A stretch of 64,000 bases of DNA from positions 124,001 through 188,000 of IMG/VR virus record IMGVR_UViG_3300028536_000014. The stretch is one strand, 5' to 3'. Numbering within the stretch: position 1 is the first letter of the stretch; each line of letters begins with the position of its first letter. The position numbers and the translations under genes are program-made. Below are positions 40,201 to 51,067 of the stretch, in pieces. A model generated the notes under the pieces. The model was not told where the DNA came from. It did not search any database and worked only from the letters and a program-made list of their open reading frames with translations.

Positions 40201-40378
40201 TGCTATATCCTTGAAAATAAGGTTTTGATGCATCTGGAAACATTTCATCATCTTGAGTGAAATGATGCAACATTGAATTACGAGGAAATCCTTTAAAGAT
40301 TTGAAGACGTGGAGATATCAGTTCGTTAAAACGACGTACTCCTGTCTCACGGTAAAATTGCGTATAAAGTTGTAACAT
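37244..40378 (-). CDS. virion RNA polymerase beta subunit (gp178-like), exon 1
   Basis: DLPIRKI, LNSYYGK, RIRGYER, GEGGRS, GVISEGTVDSSDVG; ends MHDD; spliced product 1417 aa. Confidence 0.9.
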
Positions 40379-40401
40379 GCTATTCCTTAGGTAAATACGA
40401 T

Positions 40402-42042
40402 TTAAGAAAAGTTACCTAATACAAGATCGATGACGTCATTGCTAGAACTGAACGCAATTGATCCATCAACCGCAACGTAATAATCACGACTATTCAGGAG
40501 TTTCTTAAACTCCGCTTTTGAATCATCAATCATGTAACATGTTAATGAAGTTGTATCGCCATCATAATCACCACCAAGACGACCTAGGTGCTGACTAGCT
40601 GGACTTAACGCATCAAAGAAGTAATCTTCCATCTTTGGATATTCTGGTGCGATCACACCTGTTCTCTTCCATTCGTCATCGAGTTCGTATTTAACGAGTC
40701 CTGTAACTGTACTTTTTAAATAGTTGTAACTAGGATAAATACTTCCAAATCCAGTTACAGGATATCGAGTGATTGTACCGGGTGTTTCAGGTGCTATTTG
40801 AAAGACAGATAAATAGAAGAGTTCGGCATAAGTGATTGGATGAACATGTTCTTTCTTAAGGTTAACAGGAAGTTCATCGATGTTTGTAAGAAACCGATAA
40901 GTGTTATCTGGTCCATTATAAATCAAACCTAGATAATAACCACTAATCATAATTGATTCATGACGTAGATCTTTGACTTTAAAACGATGGAACTGTTTTT
41001 CCAGTCCATCATTCGTCATCCAGTCATCATAGAAACTTGGATCGATATTGACATTCACTGACTTAAGAGTTTTAGTAGAAATTAAGTTTGCTGGTGCATT
41101 TGGCCCTACAAAGATCTTTGATAGATATCCATCACGAACGAGCTGAACTGCTTTCGGAAAGATTGATCGAAGAAATTGATACAGACCTACAACATGTTGA
41201 GTCGCTGATACAAACTGCGGATCATCTCGATGTTTGACATTCTGAATATAAGGAGTGATGACATTTCGAGTTGAATTATCGATATGTCGAGCAACCCACT
41301 TTCCTTGGATCAGTTTACCTTTACCTTCCAGGATGTTAGTAATGTAATCGTAAATCTGATTCACAGCGATTTGAAGATTATATCGCATGTTATTCAAATA
41401 TTCTTCATTACTAGTAATAGAGACATTCTCGATCACATTGGAGAGTCCAATTACTTTTCGATAAAGATTATTAATCTCATCTTCAGTAGGCTTTCCATTG
41501 TCATCAATTGTGTAATCTCGAAGACCTGCAGGAAGTACTAGCAATTTATCAAATAAAGGATTCTTGCGGTACTTCTCTACCAGTTTAATATTAAACGATC
41601 GTTTTGCAGAATCACGTTCAGTAAATTTCAAAACTGGAAAGTGATCTAAGAAGAATTTATAACCTGTTTCTCCATTGATCGGATCAGACTTTATAAAATC
41701 TTTAATTTGATGATCAAAGGTTGCGTATTCACGGCCAGAAATGATCTGGCCGTATAGTTCTTTAAGATCAGTAATTGCTTTGAAATAGACTGGATGAAAG
41801 ATTGGAATTTGAAGATTAACATATCCAAAGTTTCTTGAACGACGAGCATCTCCTACTTTACCAAAAGTTTCAGTAGAGTAAAGACCGTCTGGATGAAAGT
41901 TTTTGGTCATACCGGACGTAATGTCCATAACCGATATTCGTCTTAAATTCTTAACGCTTTCATTACCTGATAACAAAAGAAGCTCGATGTTAAAGGGTGG
42001 AAAGTTCTCTAGCATGTTTGTGATCCTTTGATGGTTGTTCAC
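40402..42042 (-). CDS. virion RNA polymerase beta' subunit (gp180-like)
   Basis: DGLYSTETFG, VLPAGLRD, TRNVIT, TRYP and catalytic DYDGD; true start may be ATG 42015. Confidence 0.92.
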   Translation of the reverse strand: MNNHQRITNMLENFPPFNIELLLLSGNESVKNLRRISVMDITSGMTKNFHPDGLYSTETFGKVGDARRSRNFGYVNLQIPIFHPVYFKAITDLKELYGQIISGREYATFDHQIKDFIKSDPINGETGYKFFLDHFPVLKFTERDSAKRSFNIKLVEKYRKNPLFDKLLVLPAGLRDYTIDDNGKPTEDEINNLYRKVIGLSNVIENVSITSNEEYLNNMRYNLQIAVNQIYDYITNILEGKGKLIQGKWVARHIDNSTRNVITPYIQNVKHRDDPQFVSATQHVVGLYQFLRSIFPKAVQLVRDGYLSKIFVGPNAPANLISTKTLKSVNVNIDPSFYDDWMTNDGLEKQFHRFKVKDLRHESIMISGYYLGLIYNGPDNTYRFLTNIDELPVNLKKEHVHPITYAELFYLSVFQIAPETPGTITRYPVTGFGSIYPSYNYLKSTVTGLVKYELDDEWKRTGVIAPEYPKMEDYFFDALSPASQHLGRLGGDYDGDTTSLTCYMIDDSKAEFKKLLNSRDYYVAVDGSIAFSSSNDVIDLVLGNFS

Positions 42043-42064
42043 CCTTTACTAGGGATAAATTTTA

Positions 42065-45000
42065 ATGGCTAAACAAAAGAAGAGTCGTATTGATAATGGA
42101 GATTTCAGGTTTGATAGTGAACTTGACTTCAATTTTGATGGTGGTTTCGATACTTTCGATACTAAGAAAGCAAGTAAGAAACGCAAACCTGTTCATGATG
42201 TTATACGTGGTACTGCTGATGCTACAAAGAGCAAACTAAAGTCAGGATCTTTCTGGAACGACTTTGCCAAGAAGGCATTACCAAAGTCTTATAGCATTAT
42301 CACTGATGAACTTAAGAAGTCAAGTGAAATTCTTTCGGAAACATATCGAGAATCAGCTCGTCTCTTAAAACCCGACTTAGCTCGTATTGGTCGGCAAGTT
42401 GATTCATTGGTTCCTGAAGAATCTCGTCGAATCAAGAAATGGACCAATAAACTCAAATCGCATCAGGAACAGAATATTTCTGCATCTGCAGAAGCATTTC
42501 AAAATCAGGCTATTACTCAAGCTCAGACAGAAATCTTTGGTCGTATGCAAGATCATACCGATGCTAAGGAAGCTAGAGATCGTGCAGAACAGCGTGTCAA
42601 AGATAAGTTAGATGCCAAACGATTCTCTGCTAATGCAAATATTCTCGGTAATATTAACGAAGGTATTCAGAGATTGGCTTCGTATACAATGTCAGTGAAC
42701 TCTTCTTATCAGAAGAAATCATTAGAACTTCAGTATCGTTCTTATTTCGTTCAAGCTGAACTTTTAAAAACTACAACGAAATATAACGAACTCTTTAAAG
42801 CCTATTTTGAGGCCATCAAGGATAATACTGCACTTCCTGACTTTGTGAAGATTACAAAATCTGAACGTTTTAGAGAAATTGCTAGAACTAATATTTATTC
42901 AGGTATTCAGCAAGGTATCTCTGGAGGTTTTAAACGAGCAACAAAACGACTGGGTGGTTATGTTAGAGGAGCTGCTGGTCGTTTAGGTGATATAACAATG
43001 GGTCTGGACTCTGTTGATATGTTAAGAGACCAGATGAAAACTGCAAAAGAAATGGGCATAGACGAGTCTATGCTTTATCATAGTTCAAATGGAATAGGTG
43101 GTGCTCTAATAGATTTCATTGCAAGCAAAGCAGGTAAGAAATTAGGGCGCTTTTTTCCACAAGGTGGGTTTGTCTCTCGTAATCTAGCACGAGGTGCAAG
43201 GTTTGTTAAAAACCCAACCCAAGGAATTGATAAACTTCAAAAATCAAAAGGCTATCAGAAATTCATAAATCAGAAAGGACCTATGGGTGACTTTGCTCGT
43301 TTTATGAATATGTTTGTTAATGATTTTAAAACTCCTAAAGAAAATGCTAACTTAACCAAGGGTGGAGATTCTGCTGGACATATGACACCACACTTCTTCA
43401 GTCAAAAAGCTCATAAGTCTTTGACTGAAGTGATTCCTGGTTATTTGGCTCGTATTCTTCAAGAAACATCAGCGATCCGAATGGGCAGTCGTAATTTAGG
43501 ACAATTGCCTACTTATGATTGGAGACGGGGTAGGTTTACAACATCAAGTAAACTTCAATCAAAAATTCGTACTGGACTTCTTGGAGTATCTTCAACAGGA
43601 GCAATGGATTATAAACTGGACCAGGTTTCAAAAGCTTTTACTGGTAATGAATTAACAGGTGATCAATCTGTTCGTGTTAAACAGTTTATACACACGATCT
43701 CAGGCAATCCTGAAATGGATTATAACTCCAATAAAGTATTTCGGAGTAAAGCATTTCTAACACTTCCTCGTGAAGATCGTCGAATGATTATTACACAGAT
43801 GAAAAAGCATCGTGGTAGTCAAGAAGCCAAAAGTGTTATTACCAACGTAATGCGTGATGTTGGTGAAACACATAGTAATCAGATAGCTGCTGCTAAGAAT
43901 ATGATGCAACAGTTAATTCAAGAAGGTCATCAAGAAGAATTAATTCGTGCTAAATTAATTAGACCCAATAAACAAGGTGGGTATGATATTAATCTTCAGA
44001 AATATAATCAACTTATTCAGTCTCGTGGAATTACAGCTAAAGGTATTGCTCCTAAGAAAGCAAGTGGTTGGATTATTCCAACGAATGAGAAAGGCGAGCA
44101 TGAGAATATCGGAGATATAGAAGGTAAAATCTACGATACAAGTAAGAAACGTTATATGCATGATCCGAATTATACACCTGATCCGGACAAGAAACCGTTC
44201 ATGACGTTTTCTGATCGTAATGCTAAAACTAATATCGGTAAAAACCGTCGTCGTGGAGTGTTAAGTCGACTGGCTCGATTGGCAACTTATAAATATCGTT
44301 ACCGTGGTGGTAACGATAAGAATCAACACCAAGGATTTATGGCTCAGGAAGTCAATAAAACTTTTGGTGATAATGCTGCTCCTGGCGGGACTGCAGTTGA
44401 CATGAGTTATATGACATCGATGAATACTGAAGGTATACAGGAACTTCATCGTGATCAACAGAAACAGATGAAAGATCCAACATCGATCGATCTGTTACGA
44501 GACATTAGTAAACGTCTTGGTGAATTAGGAGCTATCAGTAAGGTTGGTATGGGTATTGAACCTACTGGTGATTCAAAGAGTTTATTTGGCGATACCGCTA
44601 ATCTTGCAAGTCGTTATATTCGTATTTTAGCAAGTAGAGGTGCAGCTGGAACTGGACGTGCTGGTCGTTTACTATTTGGAACTGCTGGTGCTATCGGTCG
44701 TCTTGTTCGTCGTCATGGTGGAGGATTACTCTCTAATGTCGGTGATCTTGCAGGAGAATATGGTCCGTCAGTAGCACATCAAGGCATATCTGGATTAGGT
44801 CGTGGTGGTCGATTCTTACTTGGAGCGACAGGCGGTCTTTTCGGTGCAGCTGGTGGTGTTGGACGTTTAACCAGAAGAGCACTTGGCCGTTATGCTAGAC
44901 CAGCAATATCAAGTACTGCTGGGTTTATAGGTAATCATCTCTTTGACGGTTTAGGTCGAATGGGGGATTTCTTAACGGGTAGTGCTAAATTAGGAGGGCG

Positions 45001-48000
45001 TGCTCTTGGTGGTTTAGGAGGCGGTCTTCGTTCCATATTAGGAGGGTTCGGTTCAGGTAAAACGAACAAAACTCTTGAAAAGATACTTGGAATATTGAAG
45101 AAATGGGATAAGCGAGGAATGGGTGGTGGTATGAGTGGAGCATCTCCCACAACAGCTGCCGCAGCTGCGATGGATAGTGACGATACATCATCAGTAGGAG
45201 GATCTGGACAAGGTTTTGCTGCTATGGGAGCAGTTAGTTCCGGACTTCGCGGACTGCGTAATATTATCGGTGGTCCTAAAGCACAAGCTCTATTTGGACG
45301 GTTTAAAGGTCTGAAAGGTATTAAACGTTTAGGTGGTTTAGGAGGCGGACGTCTAGGCCGTTGGGGTGGTGGATTGATGAGTGGGCTAGGTTCCTTATTT
45401 GGAGCTGGAGCGTCCGATGAATCTCACGACCCATCGGACCCACAACAAGCTGCTACCAAATCACCCGGACTATTTTCTCGTCTTATGAATTCCGTTAAAC
45501 GAGTCTCTACAGGTCCGGCCGCTGAACTTAATCCAGAGGGTGAAAAAGGACGTCGTGGAGGTGATTGGCGTACTCGTCTGGAAAATATGAAAGGTGGTTT
45601 AAATAATCAAGGTCCTGCTATTATTGCGGGTCCAAGATACCAAGAAAATACTGGAGGTGGTATCTTCGGTTTACTTAAAGGTTTTACCAGTTTCTTAACA
45701 GGTAACTTAGGCAGTATCTTCAGTTTCGCTAGAGGAACGTTAGGTAAACTAGGCGGGGTTGGTGGACGACTTGCAGGTATGTTGGGTAAAACTCGTCTAG
45801 GAGCTGCTGCTGGTAATTTACTTGGAAAAGTAGGAGCCCCTGTTCGTTCAGTATTAGGACGAGTAGGCGCTAGATTAGGTCTTAGTGCGGCTGCTGATGC
45901 GGTAGGTGCTACAGCTGCAGAAGGTGCTGTTGCAGCAGGTGCTGAAGCAGTTGTAGGAGCGGGTGTAGCCGAAGCAGGTATTGGAATCGTGGGTGCTGGT
46001 TTAACAGCCTTAGGTGCGATCTTTGCTTCTCCTTTTGTCCTCGGTGCCTTAGCTGTTGGTGTAGTTGCTTATGGAGGTTATAAACTCTTTAAGTATTTAA
46101 CTCGCGACAATCTTGACGAGTTCCAGAAATTCCGGTTTATGCAATACGGCTTTGGAACTTCATCAACGGAAAGCTATAATCATAAACTAGCAAATTTGGA
46201 AAACTATCTGTTAGATGGTAAAGTCGCTTATCAACCAGCGCCTGGTTCTACAGATAAAAAGGCTTATATCTTAGGTAAAAGTGTGGTTGCTGAAGAACTC
46301 TATAAAGTCTTTGATGTTGATCCTACTAATCGAGATCAAGTCTATCCATTCCAGATCTGGCTCAAAGGACGGTTCCTTCCGTTCTTCTTAAATACCATGA
46401 CTGCATTGTATAATACAAATCAGAAAGTCAAATTAGATAAATTAGATAAATTGACTCCGGATGAGAAACTTAAATTCTTGAAGGCAGCACAGTTCGATGG
46501 TGGTCCTTATAACCTTCTTGATAGTCCTGTTCCGACAGAAGTCATTTCTCTCTCTTCTAATAAAGAGGCGGTGAATAAACAAGTTGAATTCTTAATCGGC
46601 TCGGCTTCGTATGACAAAAAGAAACAACATGCACAAGCAACGAATTTAACTAAGCAAGATAAAGCCATTCTTGCTAACAAAATGGCTGCTGAAACAGCAG
46701 CACAAACTAAGAAAGTAACTCAAGACACGCTAAACGCAGCTAAAGACAAAGTCTATCAGACACGTTTAGATACCGTTACTCAAAACGGTAATCAGGTTTC
46801 CAATAATGGTAAACTACCTAGTGTTGTTAATACTGAAGCTGAAGGTTCAGTATTAGGTAAAGGTTCTGGTGGTACCGCTCTTGATCCTAGTGCTGTAGGT
46901 GGCACAAAGGGTGGTACGTCTAACCTAACATTGGCAGCAGGTGCTATCTTAGATGGCAATGGTGCAATGAAGTATATCAAACTGAAAGATCAGTCAGTGA
47001 CTTTCGATGGCGTCAATCCATCTGTTCTTAAGAACTTTATGGGAATGGTTCAAGAGTATGGTGATGCCACAGGTAATAGTGTTCAAGTCAATTCTGCTTA
47101 TCGTAGTCTTCAAGAACAGATTGCCGAATATCAAAAGAATCCAGGTAAAGCTGCAAGACCCGGTGGAAGCATGCATGGGTTTGGTTTAGCTTTAGATGTG
47201 AATTCTAAAGATGTCGATGCATTGGAAAAGATGGGTCTTATGCGCAAGTATGGATTTACTCGTCCAGTAGGAGGAGAAACTTGGCATATAGAACCAGCTG
47301 GTGTTCAAGAAAATATTGCATTAGCAAAATCAAATCCGAATATGGCAACTCAGATGACAGACGCTTCTTTACTTAAAGGTGGTGGTGGACTTGGCTCTAT
47401 AGCTGGTAGTCCTATGGGTAAACGAGATCGTGATCTTCAAGTTGCTATTTTGAATGCGGATTCACAACCAGCGAATAATACAACTGCAGGTTCTGCAGCA
47501 GGTAAGTTATCAAATTTAACAACACCCGCTACTGTTCCTACTGCTGCTAATGATAAGACGTACAATGCGTCTTCAGCAGTTGCTAAATTAGGAAATCAAA
47601 ACCTTGCTCCAATGACTAATACGACAGGTAATAAGTCATTGAACGTAGTCAAGAATAATCAATACACCATGGATGTTTCACCGAAAACTTCTTTCGATAC
47701 TGAGAAAGGTTCTCCCAGTACTCAAGCGGGTGGAATGGGAAGTGATAATGCTGATGGTAGTAACTTTACCATGGATCGTGATGGTATCTTAAAAGCCATT
47801 GATGTTAATGCTAAGAAAGCGGGTGTGGATGGTAAACATATGCAAGTAATTGCAGCAGTTGAATCAGGTCTTGATCCTCAAGCGCGTGCTTCTTCTACAG
47901 GAGCATCAGGATTATTCCAATTCGAAGCAAGTACTTGGAATGAATCCATGCGCAAGTATGGAAGTAAATACGGTTTATCAGGTAACGAGTCTCCTAGCAA

Positions 48001-48766
48001 TATTGGAGCGAGTACCGTTCTGGCAGGCGAATATATGAAGTCGAACCTGCAAGCTGTTAAACAAGCTAATCCTCAAGCTGGAGTTGTTGATGCTTACCTT
48101 GCACATTTCTTAGGTGCAAGTGGAGCACGAACATTTCTACATTCAAATCCACAAGCGATCGGAGCACAAGTTTTCCCAGGACCTGCTAAACGTAATCCTG
48201 GCATCTTCTTTGAAGGTGGACGTGCTTTAACGATCGCAGAAATTTATACGAAGATTGGTAATCGTCTTGATACTGCCGCTAAGTCTTTTGGAATTAGTGG
48301 TGTAACGATTTCTAAATCATTCCCTAATTTACCATCAGGTCGAACCGGAATGATACCCGCTGTAGCGATGAATCAAAGCGTTGTGGGAACTTCAGCTGCT
48401 GTGTTTAGAGCACCAGCTTCTCCTGCAACTGGCGATTACCAATCTTCTCAAGGAATGACACCTGTTTATCAGCCACCGAAACAGATCGCTGCATCTTCAC
48501 CGGTTTATACTTCTAATCGGAGAGATAGTGATCGTATTGAATCGGGTCCAACACCGTTGGATAACATGGTTATCATTGCAGGAAGTACTTTAAATATTCA
48601 ACAGAAGTCGCTCGATACTATGATCGAGATCCGTGATTTAATTAAGACTTTCGTAAGTATGAAGTCTGGCTCATCAACATCACCGGTTATAGCTGCTCAA
48701 CAACCGAGTAATGCTGACGTTATTCAGCCAATGATTAATACTTCTCGTACACGAAATGTAACTTAA
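42065..48766 (+). CDS. tape-measure / tail-associated lysin (gp181-like) with internal S74-like, M15 peptidase and lytic transglycosylase domains
   Basis: YQKKSLELQ, IPGYLARIL, Gly/Ala-rich region with TM; SDRNAK...GFMAQEV; SAYRS...SMHGFGLALD...WH; AVES...ASGLFQF...YLAHFLG. Confidence 0.88.
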   Translation: MAKQKKSRIDNGDFRFDSELDFNFDGGFDTFDTKKASKKRKPVHDVIRGTADATKSKLKSGSFWNDFAKKALPKSYSIITDELKKSSEILSETYRESARLLKPDLARIGRQVDSLVPEESRRIKKWTNKLKSHQEQNISASAEAFQNQAITQAQTEIFGRMQDHTDAKEARDRAEQRVKDKLDAKRFSANANILGNINEGIQRLASYTMSVNSSYQKKSLELQYRSYFVQAELLKTTTKYNELFKAYFEAIKDNTALPDFVKITKSERFREIARTNIYSGIQQGISGGFKRATKRLGGYVRGAAGRLGDITMGLDSVDMLRDQMKTAKEMGIDESMLYHSSNGIGGALIDFIASKAGKKLGRFFPQGGFVSRNLARGARFVKNPTQGIDKLQKSKGYQKFINQKGPMGDFARFMNMFVNDFKTPKENANLTKGGDSAGHMTPHFFSQKAHKSLTEVIPGYLARILQETSAIRMGSRNLGQLPTYDWRRGRFTTSSKLQSKIRTGLLGVSSTGAMDYKLDQVSKAFTGNELTGDQSVRVKQFIHTISGNPEMDYNSNKVFRSKAFLTLPREDRRMIITQMKKHRGSQEAKSVITNVMRDVGETHSNQIAAAKNMMQQLIQEGHQEELIRAKLIRPNKQGGYDINLQKYNQLIQSRGITAKGIAPKKASGWIIPTNEKGEHENIGDIEGKIYDTSKKRYMHDPNYTPDPDKKPFMTFSDRNAKTNIGKNRRRGVLSRLARLATYKYRYRGGNDKNQHQGFMAQEVNKTFGDNAAPGGTAVDMSYMTSMNTEGIQELHRDQQKQMKDPTSIDLLRDISKRLGELGAISKVGMGIEPTGDSKSLFGDTANLASRYIRILASRGAAGTGRAGRLLFGTAGAIGRLVRRHGGGLLSNVGDLAGEYGPSVAHQGISGLGRGGRFLLGATGGLFGAAGGVGRLTRRALGRYARPAISSTAGFIGNHLFDGLGRMGDFLTGSAKLGGRALGGLGGGLRSILGGFGSGKTNKTLEKILGILKKWDKRGMGGGMSGASPTTAAAAAMDSDDTSSVGGSGQGFAAMGAVSSGLRGLRNIIGGPKAQALFGRFKGLKGIKRLGGLGGGRLGRWGGGLMSGLGSLFGAGASDESHDPSDPQQAATKSPGLFSRLMNSVKRVSTGPAAELNPEGEKGRRGGDWRTRLENMKGGLNNQGPAIIAGPRYQENTGGGIFGLLKGFTSFLTGNLGSIFSFARGTLGKLGGVGGRLAGMLGKTRLGAAAGNLLGKVGAPVRSVLGRVGARLGLSAAADAVGATAAEGAVAAGAEAVVGAGVAEAGIGIVGAGLTALGAIFASPFVLGALAVGVVAYGGYKLFKYLTRDNLDEFQKFRFMQYGFGTSSTESYNHKLANLENYLLDGKVAYQPAPGSTDKKAYILGKSVVAEELYKVFDVDPTNRDQVYPFQIWLKGRFLPFFLNTMTALYNTNQKVKLDKLDKLTPDEKLKFLKAAQFDGGPYNLLDSPVPTEVISLSSNKEAVNKQVEFLIGSASYDKKKQHAQATNLTKQDKAILANKMAAETAAQTKKVTQDTLNAAKDKVYQTRLDTVTQNGNQVSNNGKLPSVVNTEAEGSVLGKGSGGTALDPSAVGGTKGGTSNLTLAAGAILDGNGAMKYIKLKDQSVTFDGVNPSVLKNFMGMVQEYGDATGNSVQVNSAYRSLQEQIAEYQKNPGKAARPGGSMHGFGLALDVNSKDVDALEKMGLMRKYGFTRPVGGETWHIEPAGVQENIALAKSNPNMATQMTDASLLKGGGGLGSIAGSPMGKRDRDLQVAILNADSQPANNTTAGSAAGKLSNLTTPATVPTAANDKTYNASSAVAKLGNQNLAPMTNTTGNKSLNVVKNNQYTMDVSPKTSFDTEKGSPSTQAGGMGSDNADGSNFTMDRDGILKAIDVNAKKAGVDGKHMQVIAAVESGLDPQARASSTGASGLFQFEASTWNESMRKYGSKYGLSGNESPSNIGASTVLAGEYMKSNLQAVKQANPQAGVVDAYLAHFLGASGARTFLHSNPQAIGAQVFPGPAKRNPGIFFEGGRALTIAEIYTKIGNRLDTAAKSFGISGVTISKSFPNLPSGRTGMIPAVAMNQSVVGTSAAVFRAPASPATGDYQSSQGMTPVYQPPKQIAASSPVYTSNRRDSDRIESGPTPLDNMVIIAGSTLNIQQKSLDTMIEIRDLIKTFVSMKSGSSTSPVIAAQQPSNADVIQPMINTSRTRNVT

Positions 48767-48781
48767 TTGAATAATTAACAG

Positions 48782-48821
48782 AGATCGATCGCTCTTAGTG
48801 GGCGATCGATCTTTTTTTTTT
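48782..48821 (+). terminator. intrinsic terminator
   Basis: AGATCGATCGCTC/GGGCGATCGATCT stem followed by a run of about 10 T. Confidence 0.8.
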
Positions 48822-48837
48822 ATTAAGGAGATACCTT

Positions 48838-51060
48838 TTGGCCGATACTTCTAGTAGCTCAGCAGCACCGCGTATCATTACAAATGAACAAGGGCAAATT
48901 GCACCAACACAATCTCAGTATGCGTCTGGCATTGATCCTCTTTCTAATATCTTAGATAAGTCTTGGGTGCAAAATGCATTCATGATTTCTAATGCCGGAT
49001 TTACTGATCCTAACGATGTTGAAAATCGTTACTATAGTACAGCTAACATGAAATTCACAGATACGAGATTGGGAGGTAGTATAGGAATTAATCCACGTCC
49101 ACAATTTTGTCAATACTCAGATATTCCAGTTGGTGGACGCTTAAAAGATGCTCGTAATACACCATCAATTCTTGATTTTAATGGTAATTACGGTATGGGT
49201 CGTCAATATAGTGAATTTATTGACGACGCTGCACAGCGAGTTTATATGACTTTCGGTGTTCCGCAATTCAATTCTCTCTTTCAATTCTTCTCAGCTGCTT
49301 ATGAATCCAACCAAATGACACTGGCTCGTACTGGTCGAGCTAGTTCTATATTTTATACAGCAGGTCAGTTCGTAGGTGCTGGGGCATTGCTTTATGCATT
49401 TCCTCTAATCTCAGTTGGGTTATTCTTAGGTAAACTTTATAACTTTTTTATAAGTAAACCTAAATCTAAATACTACAGTATGAAACCCACCATGTTCATG
49501 TATTGGAGTGCTGTTAATCAACTTGTTCAAGCCATGGCTATCAATCGTGGTATTCTTCCACGTATTTTAGCATCTGACGAAAAACAAAATATTGGCAGAG
49601 CTTATGTCTTAGATAATGACTTTCTTGCAGCACTTTCTGATCTTATGCCTGATGTATTTCGTGATGCTGGTTTAGGCAATTCCGATGATAAAGGAAGAGC
49701 TCCGTCATTTGACGTATATGCTATTGCTACTAGAGCACAACGAGTAGCAAACCAATTACTTACCGAAGAATACAACAAACTAGACACGAGTGACGATATT
49801 CAACACGATTTCTTAGGTTATGTTAAACAGACCATGACAGGAAATGGTGGACATTCAACAGCTATTACTAATAGTGATGGTAGTACCAGAATAGGTGCTA
49901 CTCTTGATAATTTTTCAAAGACAACTGTCTTACTTGAAAAGTTTTTTGAAACAATCACTAACATCGAAGCTTCTGTCAATACTTTTATGACTAATGATCT
50001 TGGCATAGGTATTGAAATTGATCCTCGTTCTGATACTGTTGCTAGTAAAAATAGTATTGGAGGTGATATAACAACTCCAAAACCAGGAGGTCAAGCAGAG
50101 GCTGTTGCAAACGGTCTTTTCTCTCAGATCGATGCACTTCAGCGAGATGGTGGATTATTTGCTACTTTCATTGTGGATTATACTGGCGCACAACAAGAAA
50201 GCTGGTCTAACTCAGCAACTGAATCTGAACTTCAACAGAAACTAAATGGAGCAGTATCTGGTTTCTCTGAAGCCCGATTTAGTCTTATGGAAGGAAATGT
50301 ATTAGGAAGTGCTGTAGGAAGCGTTGTAGGTGCTGCCGCAAGCGCTGTAACAGACGCTCTATCTGGTGTAGCTTCTAAGATCACTGGTGGTCTCTCAGAC
50401 ACAATACAAGGTCTTGCAGGTGCTGGCTATATAGATGTTCCTAAACACTGGAGTAGTTCATCTTTCCAGGGAACTCGTGCTAACTACACTATGCAATTAA
50501 TCTCTCCTTATGGAAACCCTATTTCACAGTTGATGGCGATGGATATTCCACTTGCTATGCTAATGGTAGCAGCACTTCCACGCTCAACAGGTAAAGCTTC
50601 TTATACTGCACCATTTCTTTGTCAGTTATACGACAGAGGTCGGTGTCAGATTCGTTTAGGTATGATTGAAAGTCTTTCCTTTACACGAGGAACTTCGCAT
50701 TTAGGGTTCTCCGATAATGGAAACGCAATGTGTATTGATGTTAACTTCAGTGTATTGGATCTTTCAAGCATTATGCACATGCCTATTTCATCAGGTTCTT
50801 TTGGTGGAATTGATATGACTATGGATGACGATAATATTTTGCAAGATTATCTTGCAGTAATTGCTGGTCAAAGTATTGAAAATCAAATCTATGCAATTCC
50901 GAAATTAAAGCTTAAAGCAGCTAAATTGATTATGAATGCATCTCGTCTAACTTCTCCAGCTTATTGGGGATTTGCTATGACTAATAATCCAGTTGCTCAT
51001 CTCATGCAGGCATTTACTCGTCAAACTGCTGTACTTGATTTCTCTGGAGCGACACAGTAA
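48838..51060 (+). CDS. virion structural protein (phiKZ gp182-like)
   Basis: TTG start with AAGGAG SD; KFTDTRLGG, GMGRQYSE, FGVPQFNS and PKHW..S motifs; synteny. Confidence 0.75.
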   Translation: MADTSSSSAAPRIITNEQGQIAPTQSQYASGIDPLSNILDKSWVQNAFMISNAGFTDPNDVENRYYSTANMKFTDTRLGGSIGINPRPQFCQYSDIPVGGRLKDARNTPSILDFNGNYGMGRQYSEFIDDAAQRVYMTFGVPQFNSLFQFFSAAYESNQMTLARTGRASSIFYTAGQFVGAGALLYAFPLISVGLFLGKLYNFFISKPKSKYYSMKPTMFMYWSAVNQLVQAMAINRGILPRILASDEKQNIGRAYVLDNDFLAALSDLMPDVFRDAGLGNSDDKGRAPSFDVYAIATRAQRVANQLLTEEYNKLDTSDDIQHDFLGYVKQTMTGNGGHSTAITNSDGSTRIGATLDNFSKTTVLLEKFFETITNIEASVNTFMTNDLGIGIEIDPRSDTVASKNSIGGDITTPKPGGQAEAVANGLFSQIDALQRDGGLFATFIVDYTGAQQESWSNSATESELQQKLNGAVSGFSEARFSLMEGNVLGSAVGSVVGAAASAVTDALSGVASKITGGLSDTIQGLAGAGYIDVPKHWSSSSFQGTRANYTMQLISPYGNPISQLMAMDIPLAMLMVAALPRSTGKASYTAPFLCQLYDRGRCQIRLGMIESLSFTRGTSHLGFSDNGNAMCIDVNFSVLDLSSIMHMPISSGSFGGIDMTMDDDNILQDYLAVIAGQSIENQIYAIPKLKLKAAKLIMNASRLTSPAYWGFAMTNNPVAHLMQAFTRQTAVLDFSGATQ

Positions 51061-51067
51061 GACAACA

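Noticed and set aside
35671-40378. RNAP beta as a frameshifted pseudogene or naturally split gene
   Set aside because: A complete group I core and exact U|...G| boundaries restore the conserved motif.
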